A stretch of 64,000 bases of DNA, taken from assembly GCA_964392925.1 (NCBI GenBank), contig CAYMRP010000001.1, positions 165,585-229,584 of the forward strand, in the 5' to 3' direction. Source of the stretch: an uncultured Gammaproteobacteria bacterium. Its GTDB lineage: Bacteria; Patescibacteriota; Microgenomatia; Daviesbacterales; UBA10151. The position numbers were made by a program, and so were the translations under genes. Below the pieces are notes generated by a model that saw only the letters and a list, made by a program, of their open reading frames with translations, did not search any database and was not told the origin of the DNA. This document shows positions 36,851-46,318 of the stretch, one piece after another (the stretch's first letter is position 1; every line of letters begins with the position of its first letter).

Positions 36851-37306
36851 TTAGTTTTCCACCATTCTCACTCTTCTTACCACCCTCGCTCCGACTAAGG
36901 CAGTAGCTTCTAATATACCTTCCTCGCTAAATTTTAGTTCCTGTGCAATTCCTGGAATCATCGGTAAGGCCAACCTCGCGTTAATATTCTGATGTTTATT
37001 TGACGGCAACTCAATTTCTATCTGTGGTAGTGAATTAGCTATAACAGCAAGAGGCACCTCTCTCTCAAGTCGTTTAGCTAGTTTGTCATAACTCTCAACA
37101 TCAAACATAATGCCCTTGCGCGGCCTTATTTGTCTTATTCTGTCTGCAGCTAAATACGCTGCCTCTGCTGTAGCAGTCTTTTCGCTTACGTCTTGCGGTT
37201 CCGGTAGCTCAACTATGACCGTTCTATCTGCTGACTTCCTTTTTCTAAATCTTGGATGTAATTCACTCATCTGGCGAAATATATAACTTCTAACACTATA
37301 AGTCAA
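36851..37306 (-). CDS. hypothetical protein
   Basis: 151-aa ORF between lysA and dedA; no recognisable domain. Confidence 0.35.
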   Translation of the reverse strand: MTYSVRSYIFRQMSELHPRFRKRKSADRTVIVELPEPQDVSEKTATAEAAYLAADRIRQIRPRKGIMFDVESYDKLAKRLEREVPLAVIANSLPQIEIELPSNKHQNINARLALPMIPGIAQELKFSEEGILEATALVGARVVRRVRMVEN

Positions 37307-37307
37307 T

Positions 37308-38561
37308 CTAGAGATTGGAGAAATCGAGCGTACCGAAATAATCTTCTAATGTCTCGGCTCTTCTAATTTGCTCCACTGATCCATCTGATTTAAGTAACAG
37401 CTCGGCACTTCTAAGTTTCCCATTGTAATTAAACCCCATCGAAAACCCATGTGCTCCTGTATCATGAATCACGATTAAATCACCATTTTCAATTTTTGGT
37501 AATGTTCTATCAATCGCGAACTTGTCATTATTCTCGCAAAGTGACCCTACAACATCATAAGTTTCAGTCAATGGCGCATCTTCTTTCCCTAAAACAGTTT
37601 CATGATGATAAGCCCCGTACATTCCAGGCCTCATCAAATTCGCCATACAAGCATCAACCCCAATATAATTTTTATATATTTTTTTCTCATGTATTGCAGT
37701 GGTAATCAAATATCCAAACGGGCCGGTAATCATCCTTCCGCATTCAAAAACAACTTTGAGAGGCTCTAATTTATTTCCGACAATCATCTCTTCATAAAGC
37801 TTTTTAATTCCATCAGAAACCTTAGTTAAATCCATTGCTTCCTGCTCAGGCTTATAAGGAATCCCAATTCCTCCACCCATATTTATAAATTCTAAAGCAA
37901 CTCCTGTCTGTTCCTTAATTTCAGAAACCAACTCAAACAACATTCTTGCAGTCTCCACAATATAATCACCATTCAGCTCATTTGAAGCCACCATTGTATG
38001 AAGTCCAAATCTTTTAACCCCCCGGTTCGATGCAATTTTGTATGCATCCATTAACTGTTCTTTTGTCAGTCCGTATTTTGCTTCTTTCGGATCTCCAATT
38101 AAAACATTTCCAGTTCTGGTAGGTCCTGGATTATATCTAAAACACAAAAGCTCAGGTAACCTTCCTAAAGATTTTTCAAGATATTCTAAATGTGTTATAT
38201 CATCAAGATTAATAATCGCCCCTAATTCAAAAGCTTTTTTATAATCTTTCTCCGGAGTCTCGTTCGATGTAAACATAATTTCCTCTCCCTTAAATCCAAC
38301 TTTCTCAGATAGAATAAGTTCAGCCAAAGATGAACAATCAACACCCATCCCCTCGTTTTTTAGTATTTTAAGAATATATGGATTTGGCAAAGCTTTGACT
38401 GCAAAATAATTCTTAAATCCAGGTGCCCACTCAAAAGCTTTGTAAAATTCTTTGGCATTCTCCCTTATGCCAGCTTCATCATAAATATGAAATGGAGTCG
38501 GGAAGTCACTAACAATTTCACTCATTCGATCTTTTGTAAATGGTAACTTAAGAATCTTCAT
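37308..38561 (-). CDS. lysA: diaminopimelate decarboxylase
   Basis: PLP fold-III decarboxylase (FYAVKALPNPYIL..., GGGIGIPY), terminal gene of the lysine operon. Confidence 0.85.
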   Translation of the reverse strand: MKILKLPFTKDRMSEIVSDFPTPFHIYDEAGIRENAKEFYKAFEWAPGFKNYFAVKALPNPYILKILKNEGMGVDCSSLAELILSEKVGFKGEEIMFTSNETPEKDYKKAFELGAIINLDDITHLEYLEKSLGRLPELLCFRYNPGPTRTGNVLIGDPKEAKYGLTKEQLMDAYKIASNRGVKRFGLHTMVASNELNGDYIVETARMLFELVSEIKEQTGVALEFINMGGGIGIPYKPEQEAMDLTKVSDGIKKLYEEMIVGNKLEPLKVVFECGRMITGPFGYLITTAIHEKKIYKNYIGVDACMANLMRPGMYGAYHHETVLGKEDAPLTETYDVVGSLCENNDKFAIDRTLPKIENGDLIVIHDTGAHGFSMGFNYNGKLRSAELLLKSDGSVEQIRRAETLEDYFGTLDFSNL

Positions 38562-38563
38562 AA

Positions 38564-39757
38564 TTAGATTTTTAAATTTTCTTTTATTGATATAACTGCT
38601 TTATTAATATTTTCTGTTTGTCCAAACGCCGATAATCGAATGTAGCCCTCACCACCAGATCCAAATCCAGATCCTGGTGTTGAGATAACATGGCATTCCT
38701 CAAGCAGCTTATCAAAAAATTCCCAACTAGATAATCCGTTAGGGCATTTAACCCAAATATATGGTGCATTCTCTCCACCAAAACTTATGAGACCCAAGTC
38801 CTCAACAGTTTCTTTGATAATTTTTGCATTGGCCATGTAATAAGAAATCAATTGGCTGCATTCTTGCTGACCCTTTGGAGATAACGCGGCTATTGCACCT
38901 TCCTGAACAATATTTGATGCGCCGTTAAACATTGTTGTTTGTCTTCTGTTCCATAATGAATTAATTTCTCCCTCAGTCGTATCTTCAATAACTAATTCTT
39001 TTGGCACGACCGACCATCCAAGTCTAACTCCGGTAAATCCGGCCGATTTTGAAAGTGATTGAATTTCTATTGCACATTTTTTTGCCCCCTCTATTTCATA
39101 AATGCTTTTTGGTAATGAGTCATCCGAAATATATTCAGAATAAGCAGCATCGAAAATAATGACTGATTTATTCTGCATTGCATAATCGACAAACTCCTTA
39201 AGTTGAGATTTTGTTGCCACAGCCCCAGTAGGATTATTTGGCGAACATAAAAATATCACATCTGCTTTTTCGCTTGGGATTTTTGGAATAAAACCATTCT
39301 CAGCGCTGCAGTCCATTAAAATAATTTTCTTACCGGCGATTATATTTGAATCGTTATATACAGGATAAACTGGATTAGAGACAGCGACTACAGTTTCATC
39401 AGAAAATATCGAAGTTATATTTGCCGAATCAGATTTCGCTCCGTCTGAAATAAAAATTTCCGAAGCATCAAAATTAATTCCCCGATTTTGATACCAGACA
39501 GCAATTGATTCCCTTAGTCTAGCGCTGCCTTGCTCATCTCCGTATCCGCTATAAGTTTTAACATCTCCTAATTTTCCTACACCATCCAACAGCCCTTTTA
39601 AAATTGAATCAGTTAAAGGCAAAGTAGTGTTTCCAATTCCTAACTTTAGTAATTCGACTCCAGGATTCTTTTCAGAAAAAGTTTTAGACCTCCTGGCAAT
39701 CTCAGAGAAAAGATAAGTTTTAGGTAATTTATTATAATTTTGATTAATCTTAGCCAT
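38564..39757 (-). CDS. dapL: LL-diaminopimelate aminotransferase
   Basis: Class I aminotransferase with DapL-like N-terminus (NYNKLPKTYLFSEIARR...LGIGNTT), PLP Lys region SLSKSAGFTGVR. Confidence 0.75.
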   Translation of the reverse strand: MAKINQNYNKLPKTYLFSEIARRSKTFSEKNPGVELLKLGIGNTTLPLTDSILKGLLDGVGKLGDVKTYSGYGDEQGSARLRESIAVWYQNRGINFDASEIFISDGAKSDSANITSIFSDETVVAVSNPVYPVYNDSNIIAGKKIILMDCSAENGFIPKIPSEKADVIFLCSPNNPTGAVATKSQLKEFVDYAMQNKSVIIFDAAYSEYISDDSLPKSIYEIEGAKKCAIEIQSLSKSAGFTGVRLGWSVVPKELVIEDTTEGEINSLWNRRQTTMFNGASNIVQEGAIAALSPKGQQECSQLISYYMANAKIIKETVEDLGLISFGGENAPYIWVKCPNGLSSWEFFDKLLEECHVISTPGSGFGSGGEGYIRLSAFGQTENINKAVISIKENLKI

Positions 39758-39762
39758 ATACT

Positions 39763-39818
39763 TTTAACCATTTAACCATTTAACCATTTAACACTTTAAC
39801 CATTTAACAATTTACACA
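39763..39818. repeat. tandem 9-bp repeat (TAACCATTT/AACCATTTA, about 6 units, 3 perfect) in the asd-dapL intergenic spacer
   Basis: ttaaccatttaaccatttaaccatttaacactttaaccatttaacaattt read directly; in mRNA sense gives repeated AAAUGGUUA immediately upstream of the dapL AUG. Confidence 0.8.
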
Positions 39819-40891
39819 TACCCCTTCTTCACTAAAAGTTCCGCTGTCAAAATAGCACCACCGGCAGCTCCCCGAATCGTGTTATGCGACAGTCCGACAA
39901 ACTTGTAATCTAAAATATTATCATCTCTTAATCTTCCGGCAGCAATGCCCATTCCATTTCCGATATTTCTATCAAGCCTCGTTTGAGGTCTATCATCTGC
40001 ATCAATATAAGTGATAAATGGTAAAGGTGTCGAAGGCAATTCTAAACCAGAAAGTGGATTAAAATTATTCCAGGCCTCGATTATCTGAGCCTTCGTTGGT
40101 TTATCTTCAAATTTAACCGACACACTACCCATATGTCCATCTGAAACCGGCACCCTAATACAAGTTGCTGAAATATTTATACCTTCCCGATTCTGAATGT
40201 TATTATTCTTAACCTCTCCCCAAATCTTCAAAGGCTCTTTCTCAGACTTTTCTTCCTCTCCATTTATATAAGGATTTGCATTATCCTGCATTTCCGCCCA
40301 TCCCTCCAAAGTTTTACCAGCACCTGAAACTGCCTGGAGCATAGTCACAATAATCTTAGTTGGCTTAAATTTTAAAAGGGGAGTAATAAGCGGCACATAT
40401 GACTGAATAGAGCAGTTGGGTTTAACAACAATTAGACCGCTATCCCAGCCGCGATTTTTTCTCTGTGTATCAATTAGACTTAAATGTTCAGCATTAACTT
40501 CAGGTAAAATCATCGGAACATCTGGTGTCCATCTGTGTGCTGAGTTATTAGACACCACTGCAACACCAGCAGCTGCATATTCTTCTTCAATCTGTTTTAT
40601 GGCTTGCTTATCCAAATCCACAGCCGAAAAAACAATTTTTACTTGAGAAGCAATTTCTTCCAAATCATCTTCGACTTTTAAAACATTAATCTCAGAAACT
40701 GCTGCCGGAATTTGAGTTTCCATAACCCATCTTCCCTTAACTACTTTAGAATACTTCTTACCCGCAGAGCGGGGGGAAGCAGCTAAAACCTTTATTTCAA
40801 ACATTGGATGCGCAGACAGCAAAGTTACAAATCTTTGTCCGACCATCCCTGTCGCACCCAATATTCCCACTGGTATTTTATTTGTATTCAT
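39812..40891 (-). CDS. asd: aspartate-semialdehyde dehydrogenase
   Basis: IPVGILGATGMVGQRF Rossmann N-terminus and catalytic-Cys region, 359 aa. Confidence 0.85.
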   Translation of the reverse strand: MNTNKIPVGILGATGMVGQRFVTLLSAHPMFEIKVLAASPRSAGKKYSKVVKGRWVMETQIPAAVSEINVLKVEDDLEEIASQVKIVFSAVDLDKQAIKQIEEEYAAAGVAVVSNNSAHRWTPDVPMILPEVNAEHLSLIDTQRKNRGWDSGLIVVKPNCSIQSYVPLITPLLKFKPTKIIVTMLQAVSGAGKTLEGWAEMQDNANPYINGEEEKSEKEPLKIWGEVKNNNIQNREGINISATCIRVPVSDGHMGSVSVKFEDKPTKAQIIEAWNNFNPLSGLELPSTPLPFITYIDADDRPQTRLDRNIGNGMGIAAGRLRDDNILDYKFVGLSHNTIRGAAGGAILTAELLVKKGYV

Positions 40892-40893
40892 AA

Positions 40894-41796
40894 TTATTTT
40901 ATTAGTTTTAATGCTCTTAAAACTTTTTCTAAAGCTTCCTGATTTATCTCTTCCATTGGCACCAGCGGCAATCGAAAATTCAGTTCAATCTTTCCCATCA
41001 GAAATAGAGCTGTTTTAACCGGAATTGGATTTGATTCAATAAAATTAATATTCATTAAATCCCACATTCTATAGTGCAAACTTCTCGCCTTCGTAAAATT
41101 CCCATCGAGAGCTAAGTGAACCATCTCCGAAAACTCTTTTGGAATTTCATTGCAAACGACTGAAATAACTCCGTGTCCTCCAGCTGCAATCAAAGGTAAG
41201 GTCAACGCGTCGTCTCCCGATAAAACAGAAAAATCCTTGGGTCCTTCCGTAGCCGCCAGTTTAATAATCTCCATCATCTGAGCAATAGATCCTGAAGCCT
41301 CTTTTACGGCTTTTATCGCTGGAACTTCTCTGGCAATCCGGATGATATTAACAGGAGGCACATTAGAGCCAGTTCTTCCAGGTACATTATAAATAATGAT
41401 CGGCAGACCAACTTTCGCCACTTCTTTATAATGAGCAATCAACCCATTAATAGTCGGCTTATTATAAAAAGGAGTAACGTGTAGTAGCGCATCAGCCCCA
41501 GCTCTCTTGGCTATTTTAGACAACTGAACCGCCCGTAATGTATCGTTTGATCCAGCCCCGGCGATGACCGGAATTCTTCCATTAACTGCCTCAACTACAG
41601 TTTTAATAACTGTCTCGTATTCCTCATCACTAAGAGTCGCCGCTTCACCAGTTGAACCGCAGGCAACAATTGCATCAATCCCTCCTTCAATCTGAAATTC
41701 AACAAATTCTTTTAAAGCAGGTAAATCCAGTTCACCATCACTGGTAAACGGCGTAATAATAGCCGGGATAGATCCAAAAAATTTTATCTTCTTCAT
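40894..41796 (-). CDS. dapA: 4-hydroxy-tetrahydrodipicolinate synthase
   Basis: DapA/NAL family TIM barrel, 300 aa, operon context. Confidence 0.85.
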   Translation of the reverse strand: MKKIKFFGSIPAIITPFTSDGELDLPALKEFVEFQIEGGIDAIVACGSTGEAATLSDEEYETVIKTVVEAVNGRIPVIAGAGSNDTLRAVQLSKIAKRAGADALLHVTPFYNKPTINGLIAHYKEVAKVGLPIIIYNVPGRTGSNVPPVNIIRIAREVPAIKAVKEASGSIAQMMEIIKLAATEGPKDFSVLSGDDALTLPLIAAGGHGVISVVCNEIPKEFSEMVHLALDGNFTKARSLHYRMWDLMNINFIESNPIPVKTALFLMGKIELNFRLPLVPMEEINQEALEKVLRALKLIK

Positions 41797-42515
41797 TATT
41801 CAAATAAGCTGTCAAAAGCATAAACTCCTTTCTTTCCCTGTATAAATTCTGCTGCCATAACCGAGCCTTCTGCATATCCGCGCCGCGAATGATTTTGAAC
41901 CTGAATCTTAATTGAATCTGCCTCAGAATCAAAAGTTACCTCATGCATTCCAGGATTTCTTCCGCCTCTGATAGATGCAAAATGCAGTTCATTATTTTCT
42001 ATTTTCCGGTCTAGTCTTCCGGTCTGAAGCGTAGTTTTAGACGGGAAATTCTTCATTATTGCTTCTGCCGTTTTAAAAGCCGTTCCGGAAGGACTATCTT
42101 GTTTCCCAGAGTGATGCGCTTCTACGCCATAAACATCATAATTTCCATACTTTGACATCAACCGCGAAGCCTCTGATACCAGCTTAAAAAATATATTAGT
42201 CCCAATTGCAAAATTTTGACCGTATATTAAGCCTGTTCCTGTCTTCAAAGCAATCTTTTCAACCTCAGAAATTTTGTCATACCAGCCTGATGTTCCCACA
42301 ACCATATTTTTGCCCATCCCAAGCACTGAGCTTATATTTTCCATCACCACTTCAGGACCGGAGAAATCTATCACCACATCAGCACCTTTTATTCCGGCTT
42401 CATCAAATCCTCGTTCCTTCGAGCTAATAGAAACAATCTGATGCTTTTTCCCTTCACGGATAACCTGTTCTATTTCCTTGCCCATATTTCCATAACCAAG
42501 TAATGCGATTTTCAT
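41796..42515 (-). CDS. dapB: 4-hydroxy-tetrahydrodipicolinate reductase
   Basis: MKIALLGYGNMGKEI N-terminus, 239 aa. Confidence 0.8.
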   Translation of the reverse strand: MKIALLGYGNMGKEIEQVIREGKKHQIVSISSKERGFDEAGIKGADVVIDFSGPEVVMENISSVLGMGKNMVVGTSGWYDKISEVEKIALKTGTGLIYGQNFAIGTNIFFKLVSEASRLMSKYGNYDVYGVEAHHSGKQDSPSGTAFKTAEAIMKNFPSKTTLQTGRLDRKIENNELHFASIRGGRNPGMHEVTFDSEADSIKIQVQNHSRRGYAEGSVMAAEFIQGKKGVYAFDSLFE

Positions 42516-42516
42516 A

Positions 42517-43377
42517 TTAATTCTGTACCTCCTGATCAGTAATAACTAAAGTTCCTGCTGATGATAAATTAAAAGTGTTCCTGACTACAACTGGAATACC
42601 TGAATTCATAACCGGAGTCAGACAATCAGGATGTAAAACCTTAGCTCCATTCCTAGCCATCTCTATCATATGATCAATCATAATTCTCTCAACTGTCCGA
42701 GCTTCTTTGTGAAACTTAGGATCATGAGTCATAACCCCATCAACATCTGTCCAGTTCTCATAACTTTCAGCCTGAATTCCTCGGGCTATTACAGCCCCGC
42801 TTATATCAGATCCTCCGCGAGGAAAGGTCTTCACTTGCCGGTCTTCTCCAAGTCCATAAAACCCAGGAATTACTACTCTTCCTTCATAACCGCCTAAAGC
42901 CTCATTAATTAAATCATACGAAATCTCATTAACTGTTCCGTCCTGATTAATTCTTATCACTTCTGCAGCATCCAAAAATCTGGCATCAATTAAATCCGCC
43001 AGCATCCGGGCCGCTAACCATTCTCCCCGCGAAGCTCTAAAATCGCGGTTATGATAATTAAATGTAAAATCCTCAAAAGCCTGTCTTACGATTTCGCCTG
43101 CATTCTTCCAGCCTAAATTCATCCCTTCCTCGAGGAACCGTCGCTCGACATTACCCCAATTCCCATCAATCAATTGGTCGGTAATCTTATTAGGATACTT
43201 TTCATTCTTCCCGGGTGCTGAAACCACCACAATCCGTCGTGAAGCATCCTGATTAATAATCTGTATAACCTGCTTAACGGACGCTGCATCGGCCATCGAT
43301 GATCCGCCAAACTTCGCAACAATTGGTTTTATCTTATTCATTTCAAGAATCATAAAGGCAGTGTAGTGGAGAAGCAA
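42517..43377 (-). CDS. lysC: aspartate kinase, catalytic domain only (no ACT domains); probable start at 43338 (MNKIKPIVAKFGGSS)
   Basis: Amino-acid-kinase family IVAKFGGSSMADAASV..VVVVSAPG; length 286 aa. Confidence 0.75.
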   Translation of the reverse strand: MLLHYTAFMILEMNKIKPIVAKFGGSSMADAASVKQVIQIINQDASRRIVVVSAPGKNEKYPNKITDQLIDGNWGNVERRFLEEGMNLGWKNAGEIVRQAFEDFTFNYHNRDFRASRGEWLAARMLADLIDARFLDAAEVIRINQDGTVNEISYDLINEALGGYEGRVVIPGFYGLGEDRQVKTFPRGGSDISGAVIARGIQAESYENWTDVDGVMTHDPKFHKEARTVERIMIDHMIEMARNGAKVLHPDCLTPVMNSGIPVVVRNTFNLSSAGTLVITDQEVQN

Positions 43378-43760
43378 TTTTTACCGGTAATATGACAACA
43401 TATCTATAATTTGTTAAATATTTAACAAATAAAACATAAAATTTGCCAAAAAAAAGAGCCATGTGTTTGTAATAACATATGGCTCTTCTATCTATTTTGT
43501 TCCAATTACCCACATCTTCTTAAAAGGTACGTTACTCTTTTAATCTGAAACCGCTATTACACACGGCTTTAAGGTAAGTTCTGCAATCCTTCGATAGACC
43601 CAGGATGCTCCGTTTGCTTCCCCAATCAGCATCGTCTGACACACTTGCCTACTGATCTATGGTACTTACTAACATTGAAACTGAAATTGGGATTTAACTG
43701 TCTCCTTCCTTCCAACTTCTAAAAACATCGGAGCTATTTCATCTTACTATTGTGTGAGGG
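43378..43760 (-). promoter_or_regulatory. long structured 5' leader of the lysine operon; candidate riboswitch/attenuator of unknown class
   Basis: About 400-480 nt non-coding between lysC and the next gene, ending in an intrinsic terminator; no L-box or T-box consensus recognisable. Confidence 0.4.
43446..43488 (-). terminator. intrinsic terminator within the lysC leader (agagccat...atggctct followed by U8 on the minus strand)
   Basis: 8-bp stem plus loop followed by uuuuuuuu in the mRNA sense, about 70-110 nt upstream of the lysC start. Confidence 0.65.
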
Positions 43761-43865
43761 TAGTGTGTCAATATACAGGATCTTGGGGGTCACAAATGAT
43801 TGGCACACTAGATCAACAGAATCCATGAGCTTGCTTACAATTAGCAATTTATATATAAGAGTGAA

Positions 43866-44294
43866 ATGCCAAAACCTGAATTCACAAATAGTTCTTACCA
43901 GGCTCAAAGCAGAGAGATGCCAGAGGTTATTTCTCAAGCATTGGATTTTATATCAGATCCACTTGCCCAAGCAAGAACCTCAGAAATAATAATAAAGAGT
44001 GCTCAAGAAGATGCTGTCTTAACTATAGAGGCTTTTAAACTTCCTCCTATATCTCAAAACTATGCCGAGCTTGGGCGCGCAAAGTTAGCAATTGATAAAG
44101 CTCAACAAGAATGGAATAGAGCTCATCCCGAGAGTAAAATTCATGTGAAGAGTAGTGTTGGTAGCAGTCCTGATTTAGTCACCGGAGATAGTTACCAAGT
44201 ACTTCCCTCAGGAGCACTCATAAAAACTACACCCGCTACAGTACATCACCAAACGGCATTTAGAGGCATAAGGAATGTTAATAAGAGGAGTTAG
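43866..44294 (+). CDS. hypothetical protein (orphan)
   Basis: 142-aa ORF, no recognisable domain. Confidence 0.35.
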   Translation: MPKPEFTNSSYQAQSREMPEVISQALDFISDPLAQARTSEIIIKSAQEDAVLTIEAFKLPPISQNYAELGRAKLAIDKAQQEWNRAHPESKIHVKSSVGSSPDLVTGDSYQVLPSGALIKTTPATVHHQTAFRGIRNVNKRS

Positions 44295-44305
44295 TCAGAA
44301 AATAG

Positions 44306-44944
44306 TTATTCAAATCTGCGTATAACCCCGGTACATTTTCCTTGAATTTGAACTTCACCAATATTGACATAAATTGGGTCCATAGCTGAATTCGCTGGCT
44401 CGAGCCTAATCCTACCAGGTTCTTTGAAATACTTCTTCAAAGTTGCGAGCCCTGAATCAAGAAGTGCTACCACAATATCACCATCATTTGCATGATTCTG
44501 CTGCTCAATAATTACATAATCTCCATCTAATATTCCGGATTCAATCATCGAATCTCCTTTAACCTGCAAAACATAAGAATGTTTTTTATCTTTAATCATA
44601 TGTGGAGAAACTGAAACAGTAGCAGAAGGATCTGTATAAGGCATTATTGGTTGTCCGGCTGCAATAAACCCGAGTAGGGGAATCTCGATAGTCCGGGGTT
44701 TAGCATCAAATTCTTCTAATAACTCAATACCGCGGACTGTACCTTCAAATTTTCTGATAGCGCCTTTTTTAACGAGAGCCATCAAATGCTCATGTACAGT
44801 AGCCAAAGATGAAAGTCCCATTGCGTCGGCAATTTCACCTAAAGTCGGGGAGTAACCATACTTATCTATATAGTCACGAACGAAATTTAAAATATCTTTT
44901 TGTCTTTTATATAATACTGCTGGCACTTGATAATCTCCTTTCAA
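44306..44944 (-). CDS. lexA: LexA repressor (wHTH plus S24 peptidase), TTG start
   Basis: N-terminal wHTH (SPTLGEIADAMGLSSLATVHEHL), cleavage-site region and S24 motifs (VKGDSMIESGILDGDYVII). Confidence 0.85.
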   Translation of the reverse strand: MKGDYQVPAVLYKRQKDILNFVRDYIDKYGYSPTLGEIADAMGLSSLATVHEHLMALVKKGAIRKFEGTVRGIELLEEFDAKPRTIEIPLLGFIAAGQPIMPYTDPSATVSVSPHMIKDKKHSYVLQVKGDSMIESGILDGDYVIIEQQNHANDGDIVVALLDSGLATLKKYFKEPGRIRLEPANSAMDPIYVNIGEVQIQGKCTGVIRRFE

Positions 44945-44947
44945 AAG

Positions 44948-44966
44948 CTGTAAACTAATTTACAAC
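44948..44966. promoter_or_regulatory. candidate LexA operator: palindrome cTGTAAAcTAAtTTTACAac
   Basis: Perfect 6-bp inverted repeat TGTAAA/TTTACA separated by 4 bp, 4 nt upstream of the lexA start codon; related GTTTACAA motif near the divergent gene at about 45125. Confidence 0.4.
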
Positions 44967-45146
44967 TCACTGCTCTTACTGAAATCTACTTTACCAAACA
45001 AAACCCAAACCCGTCAAGCCATACAATCTATATCAAACAATACAAAACCGAAGAATAGGCATATTTTTCAAATAAAGCGGCTATTCCCTGAGACATAATT
45101 ATGCATATAGAAAATAAGACCTATAGTTTACAATATAGCCAAAAAG

Positions 45147-46190
45147 TTGTATAATTATAGGATGTTGAGAGAAAAATCAGGCATTTTTATCCCGGAAAAC
45201 CCCCAAATTCTGAATCTGCAGACTGCTGGTAATTCTGATGCTTTTTTAGATAAATGGCTTCGTCAGTCCAGAGGAGAAATCATACCAAATACAAAATTAG
45301 TTTTAGTTCTTACTGCCGGAATGCGCAGAGGTGGAATTACTACGGGAATTTTATCAGGACTTAGGACTCACGGCTTTTCACCAGATGGATTACAGGCAAT
45401 TGTCGGATCTTCTGTTGGAGGTACAGTAGCGAGGGAGTATGCGGGCAATAACCTCGATGCCTTAGAAGGATTGTTTGCCGACGACCGCCGTCCAAATAAA
45501 ACCACCGGAGAGCTTGAAAGGGTCATTTTTATGCCACCAACGAAGCCAAAATTCATAAATTTCGTAAACACTGAAGACTTATTCCGTAAAGAAGGAGCAC
45601 CTGAGGAAGTTGTTAAAGCTGCAAAACCTGAAATTTATGTCGGTCTTCGGGATAAGGGCGAAAAACGATTTATTAACTTAAAAGAAGTGGAGGATTCTGT
45701 TGATTTGGTTATTTCCTCAATGACAATTCAAAAAATTACTGAAAGAAGAAATAGGCGGGTAATTCTAAATACAACTAAAGAAGAAATAATGGGAGCAGAT
45801 CCTTTGCACAAAGATAGTGAATTAATTAAATTTGCCATTAATGAATTGGGTGCAACAGATATAGGAGTTTTATTTACTTCTAATCCATTTGAAAGAAATC
45901 TTGCTGATATAGCCTTTGATTATGGAGTAGCAATCCTTGAGCACATGCATAACAGAGAACACATGTTCAGAGCGCTTTACGATTTAAGACATACTGATAA
46001 AAGTCCGGAACACTTTGAAAAACTATTTTCTGGCTCAGGCAAAGTTGAGATGGCAGGTTTCTATCCGCAGGATATGCCAATTAATCCGAGTGAACTTGAT
46101 TTAGCGCTCATGTCCCGTGTGATTAAAGAATCTAAAGCCTTTGGTGATCAGCAGGGGATGGCAAGTGCCCAAAGACTCTATTCTAGGTAA
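45147..46190 (+). CDS. patatin-like phospholipase family protein
   Basis: Oxyanion-hole-like GMRRGG and nucleophile elbow GSSVG (GxSxG) in patatin spacing; divergent from lexA. Confidence 0.5.
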   Translation: MYNYRMLREKSGIFIPENPQILNLQTAGNSDAFLDKWLRQSRGEIIPNTKLVLVLTAGMRRGGITTGILSGLRTHGFSPDGLQAIVGSSVGGTVAREYAGNNLDALEGLFADDRRPNKTTGELERVIFMPPTKPKFINFVNTEDLFRKEGAPEEVVKAAKPEIYVGLRDKGEKRFINLKEVEDSVDLVISSMTIQKITERRNRRVILNTTKEEIMGADPLHKDSELIKFAINELGATDIGVLFTSNPFERNLADIAFDYGVAILEHMHNREHMFRALYDLRHTDKSPEHFEKLFSGSGKVEMAGFYPQDMPINPSELDLALMSRVIKESKAFGDQQGMASAQRLYSR

Positions 46191-46318
46191 AATGCTGTCC
46201 GAGCTTCCTAGCTCTTCAATTCTTGATTTAACCAAAAAGAAATTCGCTAATTCTCACTTTTATGTTAGCTACTACCCACTATTTGCCAACAGAACAATTT
46301 CTGTTATTATAGTTTCGA

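Noticed and set aside
43378-43760. Lysine riboswitch (L-box) or T-box assignment for the lysC leader
   Set aside because: I found TGTCAGA, GGGGAAG and GGTCTATCGAAGG-like strings, but in the wrong order relative to the L-box. There is no GAGGCGC box and no T-box AAUUAGGGUGGUACC sequence. Only 'structured leader with terminator' is supportable.
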